DNA of 64,000 bases from Octopus vulgaris (GCA_951406725.2 OX597818.1:138074001-138138000); one strand, 5' to 3'. Positions 26,304-40,309 are shown, numbered from the stretch's first letter. A program made the numbers and translations. The notes: generated by a model from the letters alone, not told the origin.

Positions 26304-27392
26304 CCAAGAGATTATGATGCTGTAATAGAGTCGTCGCCCCATCGTGAAATGGGAGAGAGAGAGGGGGGAGAGTGAGAGCAATTTAAACTGGAGTGGAGTA
26401 CGGGTGAAGTGTGGATGGTTGTACAGTAGTTAAGCTATACGGCTGCAGGGCGATACCCGAAGCTAATCAAGAAAAACGACCGCTCCTTTCCTTCGATGAT
26501 GACGCCACTGTTCTGAGTATCTTCATCATCATCACCACCAACATCAACACTATCATGATCATAATCATCATCATCATCATCAACAACAGCAACAGCATCA
26601 TTGTCATCATCATATCTATTTCTGTTGCTGTTGTTGTTGTTGTTGGTAGTGGTGGAGTCACTGAATGAAGTGGCAGGGATGCTGGGCTGGGCTGGCGGGT
26701 GGTTGTTAGTGGTATTTAGAGAGAAATCATTATTAGTGTAGCTAATTTAGCCCTCATTAACACTGACATCATTATCCTCATCATATTCATCATAATTATT
26801 TATGATAATAAATAATGAGGTTTTCTGCATTTTGTCAGTGTTCGGGTCACTCTCTCTATCTCTCTTTCTCTCTCTCTCTCTCTCTCGCTCTGTCACTTTC
26901 TATCTTTCTCTTCGTCCCTTTCACTCTCTCTCTCTCTTTCTCCTCTTCTATGGTACACACACAGACGCATCCACATACACACATTCATAGGTACACGCAC
27001 ATTCATACACACATTTGTTGATATACATACATACATACACAAATGCAATATATACACTTGCACTCACATACATGCACATATGCATACATATGTACAAACA
27101 CACACATACATATATACTTACATACAAATACACATGACTACATATAACTTTACATAGATATACCCATATACATAGATAAGTACATGCACACACACAAACG
27201 CACAATACACACACACATACAATAGACACACACACAAATAACAACGAAGATACATGCTTAAATAGATACATACTCACAAGCATATACATATACATACACA
27301 TGTATGTTTAGTTATATACATATTCTTACATTACTACATACATAAATATATATATCTACATGCATACATACATGCATGCGTGCATAAATACA

Positions 27393-27424
<32 letters not shown>

Positions 27425-27884
27425 CACCCACACGCACACATACACTCTCATACCTATACACATGCTTACTTCTATTCATATATATACGCACATATTCACA
27501 AAGACACGGTCAAACACATTATCTCTCAGTTTATATACACACACATACAAATAAATCCAAACATATACCCAAACCCGCCTATATACAAATACACACACAC
27601 ACATACACACAACTTAACAGATCAAACGTTCGTTTTCTTTAGCTTGTTTTCAGATAAGAAATTACGTGAAGCTGTGGCGTTCACACATTTATCCAAAGAC
27701 ATCAGTGTTATAATTATTATAATGAATGTAATTACTGTAATTAGTATAATTATTATAATTTAAATGAAATATGCCGACAATCAAAATTAGATTGCTAACA
27801 GTTATTCGAAGGGCAACGTTCCGTTGATTATGATATGGACAATCTTAATTTTATTAATGAATGTAATTAACAGCGTAAGTTATA

Positions 27885-28100
27885 TTGGTTTCAAGTTTTG
27901 GCACAAACCCAGCCAATTTAGGGGAGGGGGTAAGCCGATTACATCGACCCCAGAGCTCAAATAGTACTTATTTTATCGACCCGTAAGCATGGAAGGCAAA
28001 GTCGGCCTCGGCGGAATTTGAACTCAAAACATAAAGACCGACGAAATGTTACTGAGCATTTTTCCCGGCGTGCTAACGATTCAGCCAGCTTACAGCCTTC
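27885..28100 (-). mobile_element. Family B SINE
   Basis: TTTATCGACCCG...GAAGGCAAAGTCGGCCTCGGCGGAATTTGAACTC...CGGCGTGCTAACG. Confidence 0.8.
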
Positions 28101-28209
28101 AGTATAGGTTATATTACGAGATGAATATGTTGAATAATAATAATAGAGTCCATTATATCAAACCGGTATTGTGATAGGTACTTTTTTTTATCAATCACAG
28201 GTTGATGAA

Positions 28210-29240
28210 AGTCACATCATGATGGTCAGACAGCAATATATGAAGGAGGTGATGAAAGCGCTCGCCACATTTGCCCGATCTGTCATGGAGAGCTTTCTGT
28301 CGGCCTATTTCTGGGTGACATAGGTGAACCTGCTCGTCACTTCAGCCTAGTTCTCCACTTGGAGATCTGGACCAAACCAAACCCCAAGCAGTTTAATCAG
28401 CCCGTCCATCCAGCGCCCTACAGCGTTGTTGGATGACATGGACTTGTTTCTCTAGATCCCAAGACAGATGCCTAACTGACTTAGTGTGGTTAAATGTTTC
28501 TCCCGTCACCGCCTACAAGTCTCTTAGAGTATTACTTATCACCTGGTTCCCTATGCTGTCACGTTGATGTCGTCCGCGTACGCCGATATGAGATCTTCCA
28601 AATTCCTCTTCACGCGAGTTTCCCCTCAACGTCTCTAGCCTCTGTAGCTGGAGCTCAAGAGTTGGTATCAACAAGAGAGACGAGAAGGGACGATTTTCAC
28701 TGACCGAGCGCAAGATACATATTAGTTCCGATAGGTGGCCATTCACCCAACGGCCGAGCAGATGTTGCTGCATATAGGGGTAATCCAACCACCGAAGACA
28801 AGACCAAAACTGACCGCCGTGAGAACAGCCACAGAGTATCGGTGGTTGATCTTATCGAAAACATTACATTGATTTAAATTGATCAGGGTCCCGCCGCATG
28901 TGTTCCTTATTCATCTTCTCCGTGATGTATCGCATAAAGTGGAGGTTGTCGTGGACCATTCGGGATGGCACATGTTTGCACATCACCAATCAAGCTATCA
29001 AAAACAAGCTAATACATGAGCCCCGTAAATTATCAGTGGGATCCCTTTTGTTTCGGTCTTTTCTTAGTAACAGTACCGTTCTTCGACTCACAGATCTGGG
29101 GATTCTCCCATCCTGCTGTCAGTTGTAATATGTGCCCACTATGAGGTTGAGCAAACAAAAGCAGCGTACATATAGCTGACCCTATAAACCAGGAGATTTA
29201 CAGTCTATGCACCCAACAATCACTTCTTGTATTTCTGTGG
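28210..29240 (-). mobile_element. Decayed Tx1/L1-clade LINE reverse-transcriptase fragment
   Basis: Minus strand gives KSPGL (PGxDG region), LINLNQCNVFDKINHRY (decayed LDQEKAFDRVDH), SAYADDINV at about 28560-28587, and IKLLGVWFG. Confidence 0.75.
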
Positions 29241-29531
29241 CTGTTGTAATTGATGCTGGTGTTGGTGTTGGTGTTGGTGTACCGCTGTTTAAATGCATCT
29301 CTCTTTCTTTCGAACCTTCAAGCATTTTTGTTGGCAAAATGTTTTCCTTTTTCCTTGAGGACAGGGAGGTACTTTTTGCCATTTAGGGCCTTCCTCATCA
29401 CCTTCTCAACACAACATATACAAGTAGTCCAAAACGGAAAGAAGCATATCTTGGTACGGGTTGTAGTTGTATTTTGTTGTTGTTTTACTTGTTTTGGAGC
29501 TTTTTATTGCTGTCGCTTTTATCTGGGATAC

Positions 29532-29931
29532 TCTTTTTTACTCTTTTACTTGTTTCAGTCATTTGACTGTGGCCATGCTGGAGCACCGCCTTTAGTCGAG
29601 CAAATCAACCCGGGACTTATTCTTTGTAAGCCCAGTACTTATTCTATCGGTCTCTTTTGCCGAACCGCTAGGTGACGGGGACGTAAACACACCAGCATCA
29701 GTTGTCAAGCAATGCTAGGGGGACACACAAACACACACACATACATATATATATATATACATATATACGACAGGCTTCTTTCAGTTTCCGTCTACCAAAT
29801 CCACTCACAAGGCATTGGTCGGCCCGGGGCTATAGCAGAAGACACTTGCCCAAGATGCCACGCAGTGGGACTGAACCCGGAACCATGTGGCTGGTTAGCA
29901 AGCTACTTACCACACAGCCACTCCTGCGCCT
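29532..29931 (-). mobile_element. Family A SINE, young copy
   Basis: Full reverse-complement match to other family A copies. Confidence 0.92.
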
Positions 29932-30459
29932 ATGGGGATGTGGCACTTGTTTTGTCGTTTTTGTTACAGTTGCTGCTACTACTGGTATCGTCGCTGCTGT
30001 TGTTGTAAGCACTACTTCCGGTTTTTGTGTCAGGTCGCTCTTGCGTGCTACTGGTAACATGTAATCCAGTACAACATGTCGCATGGTCGGGTCGCCTATA
30101 ACTAAACTGGCAACCCCACCAGGCTTGATTGGTGAGGAGGGTGTTGTTGGACACCCTGCGGGATGAAAAATAAGACCTGTCAAAAGGGCGGATGAACTCC
30201 TGAATAGTCAATGGCTACCCAAAAAATGTCTGTAAATATTTATATACTCATTATTATTATTTCTTTGTGTATGTATATTTTTACTTTCTCTATATATATG
30301 TATATATATATGTATATATATATATATGTATATATATTATTTTATGAATTTTAATTGCATATCTTTTACTTTTCTATATACAATATTATTTATAATTCTT
30401 ATTCACACATCGTACCTTTTTTTATTTTTTATTTGTATTTTTATATGTATGTATATATG

Positions 30460-30513
<54 letters not shown>

Positions 30514-30619
30514 TGTATGCATGTATGTATGTATGTATGTATGTATGTTTGTATATGTATATTTTTACTTTTATATATATACTTAGAGTATATATACTAT
30601 ACTTTTATATATATACTTA

Positions 30620-33600
30620 GAATCCTGAAAATGTGGCTAACGGGGCTCTGGTATTGCAGTCCTAGTGAAGGCGGATGAGGACGATGCCATGTTAGCTGGC
30701 TATAAAGGCGGACTACGACAAACTGGAGTTCCGGCAGCTTGCCGCAAGAAGCCTGCGAACAGGACCAAACGGGCTGGTCCCAAGGCGGAGCATAGGAGGA
30801 TCTTACCCACTAACTCCGCAGCTCGTTGCAGCAGAAGACATGGGTCAATAGTCTAGAGACTCCTCTTGCCATTGAACCCCACCCCGCCTTCTGTCAAGTG
30901 CGTGCAGCTGAGAACTGCGCATCCTCTCTGGAATCTTAAACGTTTCACAGCGCAAGCTTCGCCTTTCACCTTAATTCTCTTTCATCCTCTCTGCAAGTCT
31001 TGCGGCGATGCGACCATCTGGCGACGGGAGAAGACTAGGATGTAGTTGGAAGCCTCTAGTTGGAGTCCTGCATGATGGTCGTTGTTGGATGGACCTGTGG
31101 ACGAACATCCACCTCGGTCCTGCTTTTGCGTCCAGGCAACCATTTTCAGGGATAGCACCGCCTGCCCCACATGGGGAAGGGCCTAAAAAATGTGGCTCAG
31201 AAAAAGCTCGTCGTCACTTGCTCGACTGAGTAACAGCTGCCAATGAGTCATCCCCAAACATGCGGTCAAAACCAAGCATCAGAATTGAAAAAGAAAAAGA
31301 AACCCTCAAACCACATCCTTGCATGTTGGAATGTTTGCATCCTCTTTGATGAAGTTTCACATGATTAGCCGGACACTCGACGACCCTCGCGAAACACTGC
31401 TATTATAGCTACCGAATTCAAGCGCTACAACGTCGACATTGCTGCACTCATTGAGACTGAAGAAACTGGTGGATACAACTCTTCTCGAAGGGACATCTCT
31501 CTGGGATGCCCCGTTTGCATGGGGTTGGCTTCGCAATCAAGAACAGCCTATTACAGAAAATTCCTGGAGTACCCTCCTGTATCAGCGAGCGCCTGATGAC
31601 AATCAAAACTCCACTTTCGAACAAACATTTTCTGACACTTCTCAGCGTTTATTGACCAACTCTCGACTCTGATGAAGAGATAAAGGATGCCTTCTTTGAT
31701 TCTCTGCATACTGCGTTTCGGAACATCTCTCGATCAGACAAAATCGTACTCACGGGTGACTTCAACTCCCGTGTTGGGTATGACAATACCGCTTGGCAAG
31801 GGATCCTCGGTCCTCACGGCACATGGAAAATGAACGCTAATGGACAAAGACTACTCACCTTCTGCTCCAAGTATGACCTGTGCATCACTGACACCCTCTT
31901 TCAGCAGCGGGATATTTACAAGACGTCGTGGATGCACCCACGTTCCAAAAAGTGGCATCTCCTAGAATACATCATTGTCCGTCGTCAAGACATGAGAGAT
32001 GTCCACCATACTCGCGCGATACGTGGAGCAGATTGCTGGACGGACCACAACTTTATCCACTCCAAACTTAGAATCAACATTCAACCTCCTAGTCGAAAGT
32101 CGACAGCATCAAAACGACTGACCACCACGAAGCTGTATTATTCTGAGAATCGCGGCCTCTTTCAAGATCAGCTTGCCATCGAATTGGATACTCTCCCACT
32201 CCCCGATCCTACCTCAGTAAACCAAGTGGAGCTAGATGATATATGGGAAAAGCATATCTCCCTGATCTCCTCGGTCGCAACCTAACAACTAGAACACACT
32301 AGTTATCGCAATCCTGACTAGTTTGATAAATCTGCAGATGAGATCCTCCCTCTTCTCAGAAGTAAAAACCGGGCTCATGATGCCTAACTCTTGAGCAGGT
32401 CCAATGCACACCTCCAGAATTGGAAAGACCTTCGCTCGGAATGCCAGAGCAAACTTAGGCAGACTCAGAACACTTGGTGGAAGAACAAAGCTGCAGAAAT
32501 TCAACGTTTTGCGGATGACAGTAAGATCCACGTGCTCTACATTGCAACCAAATCCATGTACGGTCCGTCCTCCAATCATATCAATCCGATACGATCTTCA
32601 GACGGCAACACTCTCTACATGGAAAAGACTCAGATCCGTGACAGAACACTTCAGATCCTTGTTGAGCAGGATAAATCCTACAGACATCAACACTGATTGA
32701 TGAGCTCCCTCATCTCCCTCCTCTTTCTGAGCTGGATACGGAACCCTCCCTCGTGAAAATCCGTACAGCTCTCTCCTACTTAAAAAACAGGAAATCACCT
32801 GGATTAGATGGTGTGTCGGGGGAGATCTATAAATATGTTGGTCCTGCTCTTGTCCAGCGTCTTCATCAGATTATCCTCTACTGTTGGAAAAGTGTTTTGA
32901 TCCCTTAACGCTGAAAACACGCTGACATAATTACCATCTTCAACAACAGCAGGAGTATTTCATTCCTGGATGTTGCAGGAAAGGTCTTGGCACGCATCCT
33001 GCTCTCTCAACTTCTTGGCCACTTCATTGAAGGAATCATCCCGGAGTCTGAATGCGGCTTTTAGAGCTAACCGTAGCACCATCAGCATGGTCTTCGTCTC
33101 CCGCCTCCTGTTAGAGAAATGCCGAGAACAAAAGTGTGATGCCTCGTTTGCCTTTACTGATCCAACTAAGGCTTTTCATACTATTAACCGCCCACTACTA
33201 TGGAATGTCCTGCAGAGGTATGGATGCCCTCATAAGCTTCTTGCCATGCTACGCCAGTTCCATGACGGCATGCAAGCACGTGTGACATTGGGTGGTGATC
33301 AGTCTAACTACTTCAACGTTCAAGTCGGTGTTAAACAAAGCTGTGTTCTGGCCCCTTTCTTCTTCAATGTGTTCCTTGTGGCTATGACCTTACTATCTCG
33401 CTACGACCTCAACTCCGAAGATGGCATCCCAACTCGATATCGCCACGATGGCAGTCTCTTCAACTTGAGGAGACTAAAATCACTAACAAAGACTCAATCC
33501 ACTACTCTCTTTCAATTACAGTATGCCGATGACTGCGAAACTCTCGCCCACGAATGAGCCAGCCTTCAGCAGACCCTAGACGTTGTGTGCAATGCCTATA

Positions 33601-34483
33601 GTCGGGATGGACTCCAGGTCAACACCAAGAAAACAGAGATTCTTCAAAGCTCCAAAGATGGTTCACCCTCTGTTCACCCAAATTCACCTATTTGTGTAGC
33701 ATCATCTCAAGTCATTGACCACGAAATTCAGAATCACATCCTCCTTGCCTCCTCCACTTTTGAAAGTCTCAAGGATAGGATCTTCCTTTATCGTGATCAG
33801 AATCTCTCCACGAAAATCGAGGTTTGTCGTACTGTTGTGGTTTCAACGCTTCTGTATGACCCAGAAACATGGACACTTTATTGTCGTCATGTCAAGCTCC
33901 TCGAATCCTTCCATATCCGCTGTCCCTAGCGCATTCTTCATCTGATCTGCAAGGACAAGATCCCGCATAAGGAAATCCTGAGACGAGCGAAATTAACCAG
34001 CATCGAATGCATGATCCTCGAACGTCAACTGCGCTGGGGCATGTTATCGGGATGCCAGAAAACCGTATACCCAAGATTGTCTTTTGTGGGGGAGTTAGCA
34101 GAGGGTAACAGACCGCACGGAGGTCCAGAGAAGCGATATAAAGATCATCTCAAGAAATCCCTGAAGCTCTACAACATCCAACCTGGTGAACTTGAAACAC
34201 TGACAAAAGACTGTACTACCTGGAGGGGTATGGTCAAAACTGGTACGCAGCATTTTGAGGGTGGGTGGACTAGACTTTGCGAAGAAAAGCGGAGACGGCT
34301 CAAGGAACGTCAGCAAAATCCTAGACGAGCTCATCGTCGGAGCCCTCTTTGCTGCTCTCAGTGTAATCGGACATGTGGCTCCAGAATCAGCCTTTCCAGC
34401 CACGAGAGGGCCTGCCAACGCCATCAAGGCAACCCCTAAAGATCAAAGACGACGTCATCATCTGTCAAGATGGACTGCCTTAA
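30620..34483 (+). mobile_element. Near-full-length RTE-clade LINE (APE endonuclease, RT, C-terminal C2H2), many frameshifts and stops
   Basis: LACWNV, GVGFAI, TGDFNSRVG, NANGQRLLTFC, SWMHPRSKKWHLLEYI, CWTDH (APE); GFRANRST, GVKQSCVLAP, QYADD (RT); LYDPETWTLY, GNRPHGGPEKRYKD, CSQCNRTC...HERAC. Confidence 0.93.
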
Positions 34484-35066
34484 CCCCTTACCCAACAATT
34501 ATTTTGAAAATAAATGTATTTTTTCAGACATATTTTTTAATTGTTTTATTTTACTATGTTTTGAATGGTGATTTCGAGGTATATTTCAAACCTTATTTAT
34601 TATGAATTTTAATTCAATAATATTGATTTTAAATTACAGCTTTGGGCAGAAACGAGTTAACCCGTTTTTTTCATAAATCATATTACTTTTACAAAAAATC
34701 ATGTTATTTTATTTGGTTATCGACATGGTGGGGTTATAATATAAAGGTATAAAAAAAACAACGTAAAAACAAAGTGAATACTTCTATTCATAAAATGTGC
34801 CTTCCAACCCTTCGACTATCTCCAGGTGACTAAATCATACTCGGTCTTCAATGCCTTACTCAAGCGAAAGGTGGCAGAAATCGTCACTGCCAGACGTACA
34901 AAGTGAGCGAATATACTCGTATATGTCAAAAAAGAGTTTATAATAGACAAAGGAACTCGTTTGCTGTCGATTTTGGCGAGTCTATCTTTTGACGAGTTAA
35001 CTCGCCAGAGATAGAAAAAAACGATTTCAGTCAAAACGCGTATATTCGTTTCTGCCGGGTAAGGGG
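34484..35066. mobile_element. piggyBac-type MITE (583 bp) inserted in the RTE 3' tail
   Basis: TTAA at 34480-34483 and 35067-35070; TIR CCCCTTACCCAACA / TGCCGGGTAAGGGG (12 of 14 match). Confidence 0.85.
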
Positions 35067-35908
35067 TTAAGCAAGTAAGCTACTTCCAGTTTTACGGCTG
35101 GTGCTACAGACCCTATTCCTTCGGTTGCGGACTGTTTCTGTTGTTGCTATTAAGGCTGTCACTTTTGACGTTGTGCTGTTGGTTGTAGTGAAAATGTTTT
35201 CAGTTGTTGTTGAGAATAGACCTTGAGATGGTTGTTCTTGCCACAGTTGTGACATTTAGGCCTCTGTCTACAGTTGCTACCTTTCAAAGACCTCAATAAA
35301 GTCTAAACCCGGAGGAATTTGAACTTAAAACGTAAAGAGTCGGTAAAAATAAGTTGTTGTTTTTTTGGCTCGCAACTTTCACCATGATGACGATGATGAT
35401 GATGATGACGATGACGACGACGACGATGACGATGACGACGACGACGATGACGATGACAACAACAACAACAACAACAATAATAGTAATAGGGCTACAGCAA
35501 ATATTCTGCTCAATATCACAAATTTACTTGTCTGTTGCTTGACCTTAACCAGCTGAGCATGTCCCTTGGTGGTTGACGATGGTGCATCATTCATCACGAG
35601 CAGAAATAGTGGGGAAGCATCATAGCCATGTGTTGAGAGGAATTCTTTGGGGTTTGAATAATTCATCTCTGGAAACATGGGAGTTTCGTTCAACAACCTT
35701 AAACAACTCTTATTCAGGAGTAGCCTATCCCTTTGAGCGGAATGGGCTACCGGCCTGAAGAAAACTCTAACTGTTTACCTTCATAAGAGATCACCATGTC
35801 GCGAACTTGTGTTTGTGATGCATGTGCCTAGTGTAGTCATGATGGGTATACTGGGTTTCATATATTCTGCCCCAGTGTCACTTTAATGGCATGCACTGCT
35901 CTGTCACT

Positions 35909-35909
35909 C

Positions 35910-36007
<98 letters not shown>

Positions 36008-36056
36008 TAATAATATTAATAATAATAATAATGATAATAATAATAATAATAATAAT

Positions 36057-36149
<93 letters not shown>

Positions 36150-36204
36150 AAGCACGCTATAAAAATAAAAATAAAACTATTGAATAATAATAATAATAAT
36201 AATA

Positions 36205-36303
<99 letters not shown>

Positions 36304-36306
36304 TAA
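35909..36306. repeat. (AAT)n/(GAT)n microsatellite containing a Dong 3' tip (about 36147-36185)
   Basis: Visible repeat; GAAAGCACGCTATAAAAA resembles the Dong 3' end at 8581-8598. Confidence 0.85.
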
Positions 36307-36772
36307 CCTTGGTACAGGTTAGTCTGAATTTTCCTTCAAATCCTGTATAATTTCACCCCTGCAGTCAATTGGAAACTCTAAACAAAATCCGTTTATACAT
36401 TCGATTTCAGAATATTAAACGCTATTGGTTTTTTTGCGATATGTTGAATTATTTTATTGTCTTCTATTATTTTTTTTATCAATTATCGATATTGGATCTT
36501 CGTTTCTTATTTATTGGTTTAGATAATCATATTTTGTGGGTTTTTTTCTATGAGTTTGTCCGTAATGTTATATCAGTTTATGTATATGTGTACCTGGATA
36601 TGCAGGTATTTATCTAGTGCATGTGTATGCGCAAATGTGTATCTAACTTATGTACGAATCTTTGTGTATATATGTGTCTGGTCTATGTTTATATGCGCGT
36701 GTCTAGTCTAAAGGTGTGTAGTGTGTAGTATAAGCGTATGTACCTGGTTTATATATGTGTGCGTATGAATAT

Positions 36773-37160
36773 GTGGAAGCACTCCGTCGATTACGACGAT
36801 GGGGGTTCCGGTTGATCCGAATCAACGGAACAGCCTGTTCGTGAAATTAACGTGTAAGTGGCTGAGCACTCCACAGACACGTGCACCCTTAACGTAGTTC
36901 TCGGGGATATTCAGCGTGACACAGAGAGTCACAAGGCCGGCCCCTCGAAATACAGGTACAACAGAAACAGGAAGTAAGAGTGAGAGAAAGTTGTGGTGAA
37001 AGAGTACAGTAGGGATCACCACCATATCCTGCCGGAGCCTCGTGGAGCTTTTAGGTGTTTTCGCTCAATAAACACTCACAACGCCCGGTCTGGGAATCGA
37101 AACCGCGATCCTATGATCGCGAGTCCGCTGCCCTAACCACTGGGCCATTGCGCCTCCACA
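36773..37160 (-). mobile_element. tRNA-derived SINE family C (possibly tRNA-Arg-related, OR-like), full length, 12-bp TSD
   Basis: Minus-strand head GGAGGCGCAATGGCCCAGTGGTTAGGGCAGCGGACTCGCG...GGTTTCGATTCCC has A and B boxes; TSD GCGTATGAATAT at 36761-36772 and 37162-37173. Confidence 0.88.
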
Positions 37161-37502
37161 CGCGTATGAATATAAGTGTATATGTTTTGTCTATATGTGT
37201 GTAGCTTTATGTATTTATGTACCCAGCATGTGTGCATGTGTACGTGAGTATATGTGTGCTTGTATGTATGTGAAGCTCAAGCTGGTGACTAAATGGAATT
37301 GCCAAAATTAGGGATACATATCTGTGTCAGTCTTAAAAAAATATTTTCAAAATTCATTTTAGTTCATTAGAAAGTATGGTTGGGATAACTACTGCAGTAG
37401 ATGTTGTTGTTACTATTGTTATTGTTGCTGCTGCTGCTGCTACTGCAGTTACTGCCGCTGTTGTTATTACTGTTAATGCCGCCTTTTTTGCAGCTGCAAG
37501 AG

Positions 37503-37600
37503 CAGTGCTTTCCAACCTATTCACAGTGGTTCCCAACAGCAGTTCTCAAACCTTTTTATTTAAATGAGTTTTCCCAAAGACCCCTTTTAATATGCTTATC

Positions 37601-37681
<81 letters not shown>

Positions 37682-37766
37682 GAAATTTTGAATTTAGTTC
37701 ACTGACCCACCAGTACTGCATTTGCGGACCACTAGGAGCCCCCGGACACCAGATTGGGAACCACTG
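37503..37766. mobile_element. hAT (Charlie-like) MITE with internal (TA)n
   Basis: CAGTGGTTCCCAA (37524; degenerate copy at 37503) and TTGGGAACCACTG (37754-37766); imperfect 8-bp flanks TGCAAGAG / TGCTAGAA. Confidence 0.6.
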
Positions 37767-38077
37767 TGCTAGAAGTTTCTCTACTAATATTCTTTTCATC
37801 CTTGTTGGTATTGCTAATATTGATTACAATGGATTTTGACCATCATCATCATCATCATCATCATCATGTTCATAATCATAATACATCGTCTTTACCATCA
37901 TCAGCATTATTATTAACAACAACAACAACAACAACATTAGCAGAATTGCCATCAGCAGCGTTACAATCACCACCATTGTCATCGTTGTTGTTGTTGTTGT
38001 TGTCATCGTAAGCGTCGCAGTTATTATCGTTACTAGAGCATTACTGCCATCATGCCGTTCTCATCAGTGGTTGTAGC

Positions 38078-38472
38078 AGGCGCAGGAGTGGCTGTGTGGT
38101 AAGTAGCTTGCTAACCAACCACATGGTTCCGGGTTCAGTCCCACTGCGTGGCATCTTGGGCAAGTGTCTTCTGCTATAGCCCCGGGCCGACCAATGCCTT
38201 GTGAGTGGATTTGGTAGACGGAAACTGAAAGAAGCCTGTCGTATATATGTAAATATATATGTGTGTATGTGTGTGTGTGTCTGTGTTTGTCCCCCTAGCA
38301 TTGCTTGACAACCGATGCTGGTGTGCTTACGTCCCCGTCACTTAGCGGTTCGGCAAAAGAGACCGATAGAATAAGTACTGGGCTTACAAAGAATAAGTCC
38401 CGGGGTCGATTTGCTCGACTAAAGGCGGTGCTCCAGCATGGCCGCAGTCAAATGACTGAAACAAGTAAAACA
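38078..38472 (+). mobile_element. Family A SINE, young copy
   Basis: Full family match. Confidence 0.92.
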
Positions 38473-38604
38473 AAAAAAATGCACGTGTGCGATTATACCC
38501 AGAAACTTGTTAGTGCGCATTGTTTTCAGATTGCATGTAAGTATTTATGTACGCATGCGTGGTGGGCAACGCACATGCATTCATGAATACAACCATACAT
38601 AAGC

Positions 38605-38642
<38 letters not shown>

Positions 38643-38689
38643 ATGTTTTTATATATATCTATACGCTTATCTATCATTTGCCATGATAG

Positions 38690-38885
38690 ATCGTTAGCCA
38701 CTACACATTTTTTTTTATTTTCTCTCCTTGTTTCTTTCAGTGTTTCTTTCTGTGGAAGAGCGTAGGCTCGAAACGTTAAAGACTTTTTCACTTCTCGAGC
38801 GTTAAACTAATACATCTGTTTGTTGTCTACACCATCTGTCTTCGTCTTTTGTTTTTGTTTTTTTGTTTTTTTGTGAATTCTCAAC
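38690..38885 (+). mobile_element. pLTR-like element with minimal hammerhead-like motif (38745-38782)
   Basis: TCTTT-CTGTGGA-A-GAGC(GTAG)GCTC-GAAA-C-GTT-AAAGA: stems I and II intact, one core substitution; bounded by (TA)n. Confidence 0.6.
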
Positions 38886-38904
38886 ATATATATATATATA
38901 TATA

Positions 38905-39060
38905 AACGCGAGGACATGGAACAAGTATAGTGTTATTGGACGCTCAGGAAAGTAAAGCGAGAAAGAGGATTTAACGTTTCGAGCGGAGCTCCTTGTCAGA
39001 AACATAGAAAAAGAAAAGGCCCAAGGAAGGGAAGACGGAGAAAGAAAATCGCCAACGATA
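38905..39060 (-). mobile_element. Related pLTR-like element with minimal hammerhead-like motif (38969-39003), tail-to-tail with the previous one
   Basis: Minus strand GTTT-CTGACAA-G-GAGC(TCC)GCTC-GAAA-C-GTT-AAAT. Confidence 0.6.
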
Positions 39061-39085
39061 CACACATATATACATTATATATATA

Positions 39086-39125
<40 letters not shown>

Positions 39126-39161
39126 TAATACATATATATATGTATATATATATATATGCAT

Positions 39162-39206
<45 letters not shown>

Positions 39207-39554
39207 TATATATATATACACACACAGACATATTTATGTGTGTATGTGCCTATGTGTTTGTATATATATATGTATAAACGTAAACACATCCATATACACT
39301 CTACATACATAATGTTCGATAAGATATGTACGTATGCATGTATGTGTAAATGTGTGTTTGTAAAAATGTACGTATATAGTACATACATATACACTTATAT
39401 AGGCATCTATATAAGTATAGATGCTTATGTACGTGTGTAGAGAGACACCTATTCTTGAAATATAAATGTATCTTTTTAAAAAGTACATTAAAAGTAGAAC
39501 GCGTAAGGGAAAAAGAAGTTCGTAATTGAGAAGTGGTGCGTATTTATCATTGTT

Positions 39555-39920
39555 TGGATGCGTGTGCGTGCGCCAGCGTGTTAGTGTGAGTATGAGTGTG
39601 TGCGTGTCTGTGTGTATGTGTGAGTATGAGTGTGTGTGTATGTGTGTGTATGTGTGTGTGTATGTGTGTGAGTATGAGTGTGTGTGTGAGTGTGTGTGTG
39701 AGTATGAGTGTGTATGTGTGTGTGTATGTGTGTGTGTGTATGTGTGTGTATGTGTGTGTGTATGTGTGTGTATGTGTGTGTATGTGTGTGTGTGGGTGTG
39801 TAAGAGTGAGTGTGTGTGTGTATGTGTGTGAGTATGAGTGTGTATGTGTGTGTGTGTGTGTGAGTATGAGTGTGTGTGTGTGTGTATGTGTGTGTGCGTG
39901 TGTGTGTGTGTGTGCGTGTG
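39555..39920. repeat. Degenerate (TG)n with recurring TGAGTA units
   Basis: Directly visible. Confidence 0.9.
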
Positions 39921-40309
39921 CCCATTCTGTACCATGTAAATTTACCCAATATGACGTCTTCTCGCTTGTCTTTAATAATCGTTAAGTAGTCCTCATTAAT
40001 TAAGGAAAAGTCTATGAGAATCTGTTGGTAGCCATTTCCATATTGGAAGACGGGTGGAAGGGATACGAAACATGGGTGAGGTGCAAAGAGAGAGAGAGAG
40101 AGAAAAAGATGGGGGTGGGAGAGGGACTGAATGATGGCGGTGGAGAGACGGGACAGGCGCAAATTTACAGAAGCGAAGGAGAAATGGGAGGACTTGTTAG
40201 ACAAACAGTAATTTTCGTAAACGATAAGTAGCCCCGTCATGGCGGCTATTATCTATCTGATGACACATGGATGGCCCAGACTTCGTGGTTATGTATATAT
40301 TTATATATG

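Noticed and set aside
30080-30225. GC-rich hairpin cluster resembling a LINE 5' leader or HDV-like ribozyme
   Set aside because: Only simple hairpins are found; no nested double pseudoknot could be assigned by eye.
37085-37160. tRNA-like sequence on the minus strand (also 49800-49874 and the heads of SINE families A and B)
   Set aside because: A/B boxes continue into SINE bodies with TSDs and no clean acceptor stem is seen; these are SINE heads, not tRNA genes.
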